From Methanobacteriota archaeon (GTDB lineage Archaea > Thermoplasmatota > Poseidoniia > Poseidoniales > Poseidoniaceae): a DNA stretch of 62,634 nucleotides. Shown here in pieces: positions 36,270 to 45,325 of the stretch. Position 1 is the first letter of the stretch; each line of letters opens with the position of its first letter. The DNA lies in NCBI GenBank assembly GCA_018667575.1, contig JABIUA010000017.1, forward strand, positions 1-62,634. Direction: 5' to 3'. Made by a program: the position numbers and the translations under genes. The notes beneath the pieces were generated by a model. The model was not told where the DNA came from. It was given only the letters and a program-made list of their open reading frames with translations, and ran no database searches.

Positions 36270-39074
36270 ATGTCAGGAGGATATCGTCAACAACCCAATT
36301 CAGCGCGTAAAGATGGCAAGCGCGTAGCGGGTAAGCAGGTATTCCCTCCTCCAGGGGCTGGCGGTTCAGACCCGGTTATGAAAGAAAGGGATTTGAATTT
36401 CATACCAGAATCGGTCGGCGGTAAAGAACCTCAACCTGCCGGTTCCCATATTCATGATAGAATAAGAACAGGCACTATAGTCGGTAAGCCACTGCCGCTC
36501 GTAGATTCTAATGCCAAGGTTACAGGTCAAGCTTGGTACGGTGATGATGTTAGATTAGCCAATGAATCGATTGGAAAGATATTACGTTCACCTCACCATT
36601 ATGCAAAGATAATTTCTATTGATACCTCGAAAGTCGAGGCTCTCCCAGGAGTAATTGCTGTAGCAACGGGGGCAGATTCTCCTAATAGTTTTGGAGTTTT
36701 GCCAGTTACAAAAGATGAACATGCAATGGCTGTTGAGAAAGTTCGCCACATGGGAGACTTGGTTGCCTGTGTTAGTGCAATTGATGAAGCAACGGCGATT
36801 GAAGCACTGGGTCTCTTTGAGATTGAATGGGAGATTTTAGAACCAGTATTTGACCCAAAAAAGGGGCTGGAAGACACCGATGAACCCATACACTGGAGAG
36901 GTAAGTACCACCTTGCAAAAACCAATGTACAAAAAAGAGTATTCCAAGAATTTGGCGATCGTTCTTTGGTTGAAAATCCATTTTCTTCTTCTCATGGTAA
37001 GTGGACTATGGCCGGAGTCCACCACGGTTTTACAGAACCACATGCAGTAGTTGCTCACTGGGACCCAAATGGCCGTTTACAGTTATACACGCCTCAACAA
37101 GTCCCCCATTATACTCATAGAGCACTATCTACAGTTCTAGATGTCCCTATGCATCAAATAAACGTCATACGAACATTTGTTGGCGGTGGATTTGGTGGAA
37201 AGTCTGACCCCTTCCCTCACGAAATGTGTGCAGCAATCCTTGCAAGAAAATCAGGTCGGCCAGTACGAATTACATTTGATAGAGAAGAAGTTTATTGGAT
37301 AAATCGTGGTCGTCACCCGAGTAATATCGAAGTGAAAATGTCAGCAGACAAAGAAGGTAGAATTTCAGGATTTGATATTGATGCTTTGATTGATGGAGGT
37401 GGCTTTGCTTCCTTTGGACACGTCACCTCTTATTACAACGGAGTTTTAGCAACCGCACCTTATGAATTAGGTTCTTTTCACTATACAGGTGCAAGAGTTT
37501 GGACCAATAAGCCAGCATCTGGTGCTATGCGAGGCCACGGTGCAGTCAATACTCGTTGTGCGGTTGAGGTTGGCCTTGATGAAATGGCTGAACAGATGAA
37601 TGTAGATCCAATTGACCTCAGACTGGCTAACCTGTTACCACCACACAGTAGGACAATTACAGGATTTAGAATCACCTCTAATGGGATGAGAGAAGCCCTT
37701 GAGAGAGTCAGAGAAGGTTCAGATTGGGACAATAAATTCCGTAAATTACCATTAGGAAAAGGAATTGGAATCGGTTGTGGATTTTTCATTTCAGGATCAG
37801 GATTACCTATTCACTGGGACCCAAATCGATTCCCTCACGCAACAGTCCACATTCAGGTTGATATGGACGGTGGCGTAACAGTTCACACTGGTGCAGCAGA
37901 TATCGGTCAAGGTTCTACAACAGCCGTTGCACAAGTCGTATCAGAAGTATTAGCACTTCCAATAGAGATGATTCATGTAAGAAGTCACGAAAGTGATACA
38001 TCTCCTGTGGACTTAGGTTCTTATTCGAGTCGAGTAACTTTCATGAATGCTAACGCAGCGATAAGAGCGGCGCTTGACATTAGGGAGAAATTACTTGATG
38101 CTGCATGGGATATTCTAGGATATCATCCAAATACTCTTATTATTAACGACAGAAGAATTTACTACAAGCATGACCCTGCAATTGGAGTTTCTTATCTCCA
38201 AGCATTACATAAGGCCCAAGAAGACAAAGGCGCTCTAATTTCTAGTGGCTCTTACCGCTCACCTCCAATGGGTGGAGTTCACAAGGGAGCAGCAGCAGGG
38301 CTAGCTCCAGCATATTCATTCTCGGCTTATGTTGCTGAAGTCGATGTAGATATCGAATTAGGTCTAATCAAGTGTACCAACGTATGGGCAGCCCACGATT
38401 GTGGTAAAGCGCTTAACCCATTGGCAGTCAAAGGCCAAATAATCGGCTCTTGCCACATGGGGCTAGGACAAGTTCTTTCAGAAAAGATGGTTTATGGAAG
38501 AACTGGTCATTTACAGAATGCAAATCTACTCGAGTATAAGATTCCTTCAATTCATGAGATGCCTCATGTTGAACCAATTATCGTTGAATCTAGTGACCCT
38601 GAAGGCCCATTTGGTGCTAAAGAAGCGGGAGAAGGTCCTCTTCTCCCAATATTACCTGCAGTGGTAAATGCTGTATATGATGCAATTGGAATTAGATACA
38701 ATGATCTACCTCTTACTCCTGATATAGTTTTCAAAGGCGTGGAGAAGAAGAGAAAGAAGTTAAACTTAGAAGAGGCAACAGACCTCCCATCTCCAAGATT
38801 CACTCATGGTCCAAAGAGTATTGAACTTCAAAAAGCACTTGTCAAGCGTTCGGAAGAGCACAAAAAGAGGGACCTAGCAAGACAGAAGACAGAAGATACT
38901 TCACCGTATGTCAACGGAGTATTATTCGGCTTTGACCCAAATATTCCATTAGAAGACCAAGTTGAAGGCTGGCGTATGGCTACAGAGCCTGACCCGGAGC
39001 AACTTGCTGAACTTGGTCTTGCAGGTAAGGCTTGGCTGAAGAAAGAGCAGAGACACATGGGAGGCGAAGAATAA
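36270..39074 (+). CDS. Molybdopterin-binding large subunit of a xanthine dehydrogenase-family enzyme
   Basis: VGGGFGGKSD, aldehyde oxidase/XDH hammerhead and Moco domains (GQG..T, AKEAGEGP). The ATG at 36270 lies just after the small-subunit stop. Extensions of ~90 aa (N-terminal) and ~150 aa (charged, C-terminal). Confidence 0.9.
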   Translation: MSGGYRQQPNSARKDGKRVAGKQVFPPPGAGGSDPVMKERDLNFIPESVGGKEPQPAGSHIHDRIRTGTIVGKPLPLVDSNAKVTGQAWYGDDVRLANESIGKILRSPHHYAKIISIDTSKVEALPGVIAVATGADSPNSFGVLPVTKDEHAMAVEKVRHMGDLVACVSAIDEATAIEALGLFEIEWEILEPVFDPKKGLEDTDEPIHWRGKYHLAKTNVQKRVFQEFGDRSLVENPFSSSHGKWTMAGVHHGFTEPHAVVAHWDPNGRLQLYTPQQVPHYTHRALSTVLDVPMHQINVIRTFVGGGFGGKSDPFPHEMCAAILARKSGRPVRITFDREEVYWINRGRHPSNIEVKMSADKEGRISGFDIDALIDGGGFASFGHVTSYYNGVLATAPYELGSFHYTGARVWTNKPASGAMRGHGAVNTRCAVEVGLDEMAEQMNVDPIDLRLANLLPPHSRTITGFRITSNGMREALERVREGSDWDNKFRKLPLGKGIGIGCGFFISGSGLPIHWDPNRFPHATVHIQVDMDGGVTVHTGAADIGQGSTTAVAQVVSEVLALPIEMIHVRSHESDTSPVDLGSYSSRVTFMNANAAIRAALDIREKLLDAAWDILGYHPNTLIINDRRIYYKHDPAIGVSYLQALHKAQEDKGALISSGSYRSPPMGGVHKGAAAGLAPAYSFSAYVAEVDVDIELGLIKCTNVWAAHDCGKALNPLAVKGQIIGSCHMGLGQVLSEKMVYGRTGHLQNANLLEYKIPSIHEMPHVEPIIVESSDPEGPFGAKEAGEGPLLPILPAVVNAVYDAIGIRYNDLPLTPDIVFKGVEKKRKKLNLEEATDLPSPRFTHGPKSIELQKALVKRSEEHKKRDLARQKTEDTSPYVNGVLFGFDPNIPLEDQVEGWRMATEPDPEQLAELGLAGKAWLKKEQRHMGGEE

Positions 39075-40042
39075 TGCTAATGCCTCCGTTTATCCTACAT
39101 CATCCAAGTTCGGTTGAAGAGGCTTGTAGTATTGCTTCTGAATTGATTGAGAGGGGTGAAGACTTTGATTGGGTCTCGGGTGGTACTGATTTATTGGCCA
39201 ATTATAAATGGCGAATTAATACTAAACCAAATGTCATCTCTTTATCCAAGATACCAGGTATTGATACCGTTTCAGATTTAGAAATTGGATGCATGGCTCG
39301 ATTATCAAATTTAGAAGGTTCAAATGTACATCCAATGATCGCTGAGGCAGCTGGAAAAGTCGCTTCATCATTAATTCGTAAAAGCGCAACTTTGGGAGGT
39401 AATCTCTGCCTTGATACCAGATGCTTTTGGTATAACCAAAGCGAGGACTGGCGTCGCTCGATTGAATGGTGTCATAAAGCAGATTGTGGGACTGGTGCGG
39501 ACTGTCGAGTGATTCCAAATCAAAACACTTTGTGTGTAGCTACTTACCAAGGCGATATAGCGCCTGTTTTGATGGTACTCGGTGCTTCTGTACACTTGAT
39601 TGGTCCTAACGGTGAAAGAGTAATTCCGTTGTCCGAATTTTATCAGTTAGATGGAATGAAGAAGAACGTACTTGAGAATGGCGAATTTTTACTCAAAGTA
39701 TCTCTTCCAGAGGATTCTCTAAGCAGAGTAGGCTCATATCAGAAGTTGAGGGTTAGAGACTCATGGGACTTCCCGGAAGCAGGTGTTGCCGCATCATGGA
39801 TTGAAGGAGATAGAAGTTCAATAAAGGTGGCCACAACTGCTCTTGAATCAATTCCAAGAATCCACACAGAGGAAGTGAGTCAAATTATTGAGCAAGGGTG
39901 GGATGATGAGAAGTCTGTAAAATCCTTGGCAGGTGTAATTAGAAAAAGTGTTAAGCCAGTGAACAACACTGCTTTACCCCCTAATTATCGTCGCTCAGTG
40001 GTACGAGTTTTGATAAAAAGAGCATTTTCACAAATGAAATGA
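39074..40042 (+). CDS. FAD-binding medium subunit of the molybdoenzyme, with a Cys-rich insertion
   Basis: GGTDLL FAD motif. TAATG stop/start overlap with the large subunit. Insertion CLDTRCFWYNQSEDWRRSIEWCHKADCGTGADCRVIPNQNTLC (Cys112/117/133/138/144/154). Confidence 0.85.
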   Translation: MLMPPFILHHPSSVEEACSIASELIERGEDFDWVSGGTDLLANYKWRINTKPNVISLSKIPGIDTVSDLEIGCMARLSNLEGSNVHPMIAEAAGKVASSLIRKSATLGGNLCLDTRCFWYNQSEDWRRSIEWCHKADCGTGADCRVIPNQNTLCVATYQGDIAPVLMVLGASVHLIGPNGERVIPLSEFYQLDGMKKNVLENGEFLLKVSLPEDSLSRVGSYQKLRVRDSWDFPEAGVAASWIEGDRSSIKVATTALESIPRIHTEEVSQIIEQGWDDEKSVKSLAGVIRKSVKPVNNTALPPNYRRSVVRVLIKRAFSQMK

Positions 40043-40051
40043 GTTGATTTA

Positions 40052-40999
40052 ATGAAGTTTAAAGTAGGTTTGATAATTATCTTATTCTTGTTACCAATTA
40101 CAGCATTGTCAGTTGGTGCCCAAGATCAACTACAAATGCCATCCTGGGAATTGGGTTGGGATGAGGATATGGACGGTACTCATACGCTAAAATTAGTAAA
40201 TGGAGACGAGATTGAAGATGAATTGATTATTTTCATAGATAATCAACGAATGTCGGATTTGAATATTGAGTTGACAGTTGAGTGGGATTCTAGTGATATA
40301 CCTATTGAACTGGACTATCAAGAGAGCATTACAATTAGTGGCTCGACCAATGAAACTATTACTATCACTCTAAAAAATGAGAATGGATATGTGTATGAGA
40401 GGTCGCCTAATAGCACTATGGTTATTTCAGTTACTGCAGACGAAGTAGCCTTAGAACAAAGCACTAGCAATCAAAATATCGAGGCAGATGTCGAAATTCC
40501 AGAAGTCTATGATTTAGTAGTGGGAGCTACCAGCCGAGGCGAAAACTTGTTTGCAGGCTCATTTATCGAATATGATTTCAATATCGAGAATATGGGTAAC
40601 TCAGATGATGCTGTTGACAATCCTATGGTGAGTATTAGGTCATGTCCAAATTTAGATGTTGAAAACTTTGATGATTTAGATGGTCAAGTAATCGCAGTGG
40701 GCCAAAACTTTCAAACCAAATTGAAATTAATCGCTTCTACGGCACATCCAGATAGAACCTGTGAAGTTACTCTTTCGATTGATTCTTCGGGTAATCAACT
40801 AACTAGTAGCATCACTATCGAAATCGAAGTTACAGCAGTCGATAGTACGGCAGATGATTCGGATCAAAATAATAATGATAATTCGCAATCTGATGAGTCT
40901 ACAGAACTTACAGAATCTAGTTCCCTTCCATTCCTATCTTTTGTTGAATTTATTTCAGTTACATTAGTGGCAAATTCGATATTCCTACGCCGTAAATAA
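40052..40999 (+). CDS. Secreted hypothetical protein with PGF-CTERM-like anchor
   Basis: Signal peptide LIIILFLLPITALSVGA. Acidic Asp/Asn/Ser linker, then SSLPFLSFVEFISVTLVANSIFLRRK. Confidence 0.55.
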   Translation: MKFKVGLIIILFLLPITALSVGAQDQLQMPSWELGWDEDMDGTHTLKLVNGDEIEDELIIFIDNQRMSDLNIELTVEWDSSDIPIELDYQESITISGSTNETITITLKNENGYVYERSPNSTMVISVTADEVALEQSTSNQNIEADVEIPEVYDLVVGATSRGENLFAGSFIEYDFNIENMGNSDDAVDNPMVSIRSCPNLDVENFDDLDGQVIAVGQNFQTKLKLIASTAHPDRTCEVTLSIDSSGNQLTSSITIEIEVTAVDSTADDSDQNNNDNSQSDESTELTESSSLPFLSFVEFISVTLVANSIFLRRK

Positions 41000-41183
41000 G
41001 CAACTGTTATTTTTGTACCTACAGGCTGGTACAACCATTGTTTTTAGCGTAGCAGCCGAATGCTTTTATTCTTAAAAACCGTTGTATTAACTCGCCCATT
41101 GATGGACAAGCATTATGAGTGGAGAGAAGTTCCGCCGTTTATTGGTGTGTATTATTAGCGCTTAGTTAGGGAAGGGATTGATT

Positions 41184-42776
41184 ATGGCAGAAGAAATAAA
41201 AACCAAAATTAGCCTCGAAACCTGGCTGAAAGTTGGATTTATGTCTTCTCTTTTACTTTCAATAATCGTCATCAGTTTAGTCAGTTTAAACAAGGAAACT
41301 GTATTTTCACCTTATGAGGAAAGTTTAGAATTATCGAATCTGCAATTGACTGAGATGAGAAATACTCTCGGTTCGGATGGAGAGGGATATTCAATTGCCA
41401 ATACTATGTCTACTCCTATGCTGGTGAATGATTGGAAAGATCCACACCGAACTATGCTAGTTATTGCCGCACCAGAGAAACCCTTTGATGCAGCTGAGGC
41501 TTCATCGATATTTGATTTTGTAACAAACAAGGGCGGTAAGGTTATTCTTGCAGCAAACTCTACCAATGCTCAACTAGTTGCTTCAGAGTTCGGCGTCAAA
41601 TATTTCGATGCACCCGTAGTTGACCCATTTCAGTATTACGAAGTAGTAGATGAAAATGAGGAAGTTCTAATGCCAGACCAGAGAAAACTTTGGGCTGCAG
41701 CAAGTATCAACAGGGATGTTACTGAGATGGGTGATGAAAGGTCAATTCCGTGCTCAGAAAATAATATTGCAAATTCTCAAGTCGAAAATTGTAGAATGCC
41801 TGTTCTTTTCCACAGAGCAACAGCGATTCAAGTATTAGATGACGATGTAGATGAAGATAGAGAAGTAAAGGTTCTTGCTCATGCATCAACACCTGCATTT
41901 GTGGCAAGATATGATATGGATGTCAATAATAGAAATAATCCAGTTCTTGGTGAAGGTAAAACCGGACTAATAATTAGAATCGATTACCCAGTAAAGGATG
42001 TACTAGATGAGCAACCAAACAATGATTACGGTAAAGTCGATGTTACTGGTTCAATTGTTTTTGTTTCAGATCACTCCGTTTTAGCAAATCATCTATGGGA
42101 TGAGCAGTTGGGTCTTGAAACTGGAAAGCAACAATGTAATTCTCAATATTACTCATCAAATAAATTAGAGGAATCACACTCCTGCTGGGATTCTTCAAAT
42201 GGTCTTTCCTCGACATACGGAGATACCACATGGAGAGGGAATAGTCAATATTTCTCTGCATTAATTTATGATATGATGGAATTTGACAATAAGGAGATTT
42301 CCACTACTGTTACTAGATTCCCATCTGAATTTAATATGGTCTTTGATGAAAGCAGACACGTATCTAGTGCTTTGTCTTCACCTTTCACTGAAGCAATAGG
42401 TGCTATTGTTCTCTTGACTAGCGACAATGTGCTAAAATGGTTAATCATTCTCAATCTATTCGCATTGTTGGCAATTGCCATAATGGTTGTCCCAGAGAAA
42501 GAAAACTGGCGTCATGTGTTTGATTTGACACGTTTTAGAGAGAGGCCAAAGAAGATAGATTCTTCTCAATACCAACTTAGAACCAAAGAGGCATTTTTAT
42601 CCAAAGTGCGTCAATTCAATGACTTGACAAGAGATGAATTTGTTAGAAAAACCCCAGCGGAAATAATGCACATGGTGCGTGACCCGCGACTCGTCGAACT
42701 AATCAGTTCGAACCGTTCCTACTCCAACGAAGAATTAAGGGAAATAATCCCACAGATTCGGCGTTGGGGCAATTGA
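41184..42776 (+). CDS. Membrane protein, DUF4350-like (first gene of the MoxR module)
   Basis: N-terminal TM. TMLVIAAPEKPFDAAEASSIFDFVTNKGGKVILAANSTN resembles the DUF4350/GldG-like pattern. A second TM lies near the C-terminus. Confidence 0.45.
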   Translation: MAEEIKTKISLETWLKVGFMSSLLLSIIVISLVSLNKETVFSPYEESLELSNLQLTEMRNTLGSDGEGYSIANTMSTPMLVNDWKDPHRTMLVIAAPEKPFDAAEASSIFDFVTNKGGKVILAANSTNAQLVASEFGVKYFDAPVVDPFQYYEVVDENEEVLMPDQRKLWAAASINRDVTEMGDERSIPCSENNIANSQVENCRMPVLFHRATAIQVLDDDVDEDREVKVLAHASTPAFVARYDMDVNNRNNPVLGEGKTGLIIRIDYPVKDVLDEQPNNDYGKVDVTGSIVFVSDHSVLANHLWDEQLGLETGKQQCNSQYYSSNKLEESHSCWDSSNGLSSTYGDTTWRGNSQYFSALIYDMMEFDNKEISTTVTRFPSEFNMVFDESRHVSSALSSPFTEAIGAIVLLTSDNVLKWLIILNLFALLAIAIMVVPEKENWRHVFDLTRFRERPKKIDSSQYQLRTKEAFLSKVRQFNDLTRDEFVRKTPAEIMHMVRDPRLVELISSNRSYSNEELREIIPQIRRWGN

Positions 42777-42783
42777 AAATAAT

Positions 42784-42790
42784 AGGAGGA
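42784..42790 (+). promoter_or_regulatory. Shine-Dalgarno-like ribosome-binding site for the MoxR gene
   Basis: aggagga lies 7 nt upstream of the ATG at 42798. Confidence 0.5.
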
Positions 42791-42797
42791 AATAGAC

Positions 42798-43976
42798 ATG
42801 CAACCAGCCCCCCCACACCAGCCCGCGCCAGCGCAACCAGGAATGCCAGCACCACCAATGCCAGCAGCACCAATGCCAGCAGCACCTGCAGCACCAATGC
42901 CAGCAGCACCTGCAGCACCAATGCCAGCAGCACCTGCAGCACCAATGCCAGCAGCACCAATGCCAGCAGCACCTGTAGCACCGGCCGCTCCGGCCCAGCC
43001 GAAGCACCAGAGTACACCCGAGGTCCGAGAACGCCTTTCCGCCGTAGGTGCGATTGCTCAAGCAATCAGCGCCGAGGTCCAGAAAGTAATTATCGGTAAG
43101 GTCCACGTTATTGAAAACGTGATGATCAACATCCTTTCCGGCGGTAACCTTCTGTTCGAAGATTATCCTGGTTTGGCTAAGACTCTGATGACTAACACAT
43201 TCGCCGATGCACTCGGTTGCGATTTCAAGCGTGTTCAATTTACGCCTGACTTGCTACCGGCTGATATCACTGGTACAAACATCTATGATGCTAAGAAAGG
43301 AGAATTTACTTTCAAGCCAGGGCCATTGTTCTGTAACCTTCTACTAGCTGACGAGATTAACCGTGCTCCGCCAAAGACTCAAGCTGCTTTGCTTGAGGCT
43401 ATGCAAGAGAAGCAAGTTACAATCGGTACTGTTACACACAAATTACCAGCACCGTTCCTTGTTATGGCAACTCAAAATCCTGTCGAGCAAGAAGGTACCT
43501 ATCCACTTCCTGAAGCGCAACTTGATCGATTTATGTTCAAGATGTCTGTAGGATATCCTGACAGAGCTGATGAAGACGAAATTCTAGCACGACGTATTTC
43601 TCGTGGTAAAGATGCTGTTGATGTAGATGTTATTACTGACCCACAGAGAGTTATTGCAATGCAACAAGCTTGTGAAGATGTATATGTTGACCCAGCAATT
43701 AGAATGTATATGGTAGAAGTAGTATCTCGTACAAGAGAAGACCCACGAGTTCTAGTTGGTTCTTCTCCTCGTGGTTCTCAGGCTCTACTAAAGACAGCTC
43801 GTGCTGCTGCTGCCCTAAGAGGTCGCGACTTCGTCACACCAGATGATGTCAAACAAATTGCAGAACTTGCGCTAGCTCACAGAATCATTCTAAAGCCGGA
43901 ACATCAAATCAAGGGATTAGAGTCCGGAGAAGTTATTCAAACAATTCTTCGTGAAGTTCCAGTTCCTACAGTTTGA
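42798..43976 (+). CDS. MoxR-family AAA+ ATPase with Pro/Ala-rich N-terminal extension
   Basis: Walker A-like YPGLAKT, Walker B LLADEINRAPPKTQAALLEAMQE, ATQNP..EGTYPLPEAQLDRF. The N-terminal ~70 aa are PMPAAPAA repeats. Confidence 0.9.
   Translation: MQPAPPHQPAPAQPGMPAPPMPAAPMPAAPAAPMPAAPAAPMPAAPAAPMPAAPMPAAPVAPAAPAQPKHQSTPEVRERLSAVGAIAQAISAEVQKVIIGKVHVIENVMINILSGGNLLFEDYPGLAKTLMTNTFADALGCDFKRVQFTPDLLPADITGTNIYDAKKGEFTFKPGPLFCNLLLADEINRAPPKTQAALLEAMQEKQVTIGTVTHKLPAPFLVMATQNPVEQEGTYPLPEAQLDRFMFKMSVGYPDRADEDEILARRISRGKDAVDVDVITDPQRVIAMQQACEDVYVDPAIRMYMVEVVSRTREDPRVLVGSSPRGSQALLKTARAAAALRGRDFVTPDDVKQIAELALAHRIILKPEHQIKGLESGEVIQTILREVPVPTV
42842..42982 (+). repeat. GC-rich tandem coding repeat (units ccaatgccagcagcacc(tgcagca))
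   Basis: Six to seven copies of aatgccagcagcacc, with or without tgcagcacc, encoding (A)PMPAAP(AAP). This region creates the stop-free antisense ORFs in the track. Confidence 0.85.
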
Positions 43977-44000
43977 GAGAAATTTCAGGAGTTTTAGCCT

Positions 44001-45314
44001 ATGTGGAGCCGTAAATCAGCGATGTTGGGTAGTTTAGCCGTGGCAATGTATTTGCTTGGGCTCACTCTACGTAACGAACAATTGGTTACAATTGCAGTCG
44101 TTGTGTTTGTTTTCTTGACATGGGCAGCACTATTTGGAGGCCATGCTGATGTTGCATCATCAGGCCGACGAGCTGAGGAATGGAGTGGAGAAGAAGGACT
44201 GGCACTGAGTAGTGTCTCAGCAATGAGAAAGCTTTCTAGCGCTAGGTTGTTCGAAGATGGCGAACTCAGTGTCACACTGAGAATGCAGAATGAATCTCCG
44301 TTACCTAAGATTTTAGAAGTTAAAGACAGAGTACCAGAAGTTATGAGAATTAAGGAAGGTTCTAACTATATTCTTATGGAACTTGGACCTAGAAGAGAGA
44401 CATTCATTGAATATACATTAGAATGTCCTCTTAGAGGATTTTACAGTATAGGTCCAGTTGCAGTTAGAATTCAAGATCCATTCGGTTTATTCCACAAGGA
44501 AAAAGAAATGCATGTCTACGACGATTTCCTTGTCTTCCCTAAGATGGAAGATTTGAAAGACACCTTTGTCAAGTCTAGAGTTCCTAAGATTTTCACTGGT
44601 GCAGTCAACATACGTCAACCTGGTCCAGGTTCGGAATTTTATTCTCTAAGAGAATACTTTGATGGTGATTCATTTAGAGCGATTAACTGGGCTGCTTATG
44701 CAAGGTCTGGTAAATTGATGGTTAACGAAAGAGAGAGAGATGCAGTATCCGATGTAATTATCATCGTAGATTCCAGGGCAGTTGCAGAAACAGGTCCAGT
44801 CTCTAGGAATGCTCTGGTTTATTCTACTAGAGCAGCAGCCTCACTCGCTAAGTTTTTCCTTGGTCGACGTGACTCCGTTGGAGTAGTAGTTTATGGGGAT
44901 GAAGTTGTGAGTGTCGACAGAGATACAGGTAAGAAGCAGCTATATGTTATTTTGACCAAGTTGGCAGGCGCTGTTGCTAGAGGAAATATTCCTCTTCAAG
45001 TTGTGGTAAACAGAATACTTCCTCACATCAATAAGGGTAGTCCGATAATTTTCTTGTCTAACCTAGAAGATGACCCTACAATTGTCAATGCTCTAAGAGA
45101 CTTTAGGGCTAGAGACTTTGATGTTACAGTTCTATCACCATCTTCACTCGAATTTGAATTCGATGCAAAGAGAATTGATAGGACCGGATATGAAGTGATG
45201 AAGACAGAGAGAGATGTTTTGATTAGTGAACTTCGTGGTCTAGGGGTTAATATCATGGATTGGGAGCCAGATATGCTCCTGTCAACCGCCCTTGCAGGTG
45301 CAAGAGGATTCTGA
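44001..45314 (+). CDS. DUF58-domain protein (vWA-like partner of MoxR)
   Basis: Two N-terminal TM spans. FYSLREYFDGDSFRAINWAAYARSGKLMVNERE matches the DUF58 signature (R.Y..GD..r.I.W.a.Ar...l.v.e.e). Confidence 0.8.
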   Translation: MWSRKSAMLGSLAVAMYLLGLTLRNEQLVTIAVVVFVFLTWAALFGGHADVASSGRRAEEWSGEEGLALSSVSAMRKLSSARLFEDGELSVTLRMQNESPLPKILEVKDRVPEVMRIKEGSNYILMELGPRRETFIEYTLECPLRGFYSIGPVAVRIQDPFGLFHKEKEMHVYDDFLVFPKMEDLKDTFVKSRVPKIFTGAVNIRQPGPGSEFYSLREYFDGDSFRAINWAAYARSGKLMVNERERDAVSDVIIIVDSRAVAETGPVSRNALVYSTRAAASLAKFFLGRRDSVGVVVYGDEVVSVDRDTGKKQLYVILTKLAGAVARGNIPLQVVVNRILPHINKGSPIIFLSNLEDDPTIVNALRDFRARDFDVTVLSPSSLEFEFDAKRIDRTGYEVMKTERDVLISELRGLGVNIMDWEPDMLLSTALAGARGF

Positions 45315-45325
45315 GGTGATTATGT

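Noticed and set aside
42703-43238. Three long ORFs (120, 167 and 111 aa) overlapping the 5' end of the MoxR gene on both strands
   Set aside because: They lie entirely within the GC-rich Pro/Ala tandem repeat. There, lack of stop codons is a compositional artefact. Their products are pure low-complexity sequence (LLALVLQVLLALV..., CCWHWCC...). The MoxR frame has a good RBS and continues into a recognisable AAA+ domain.
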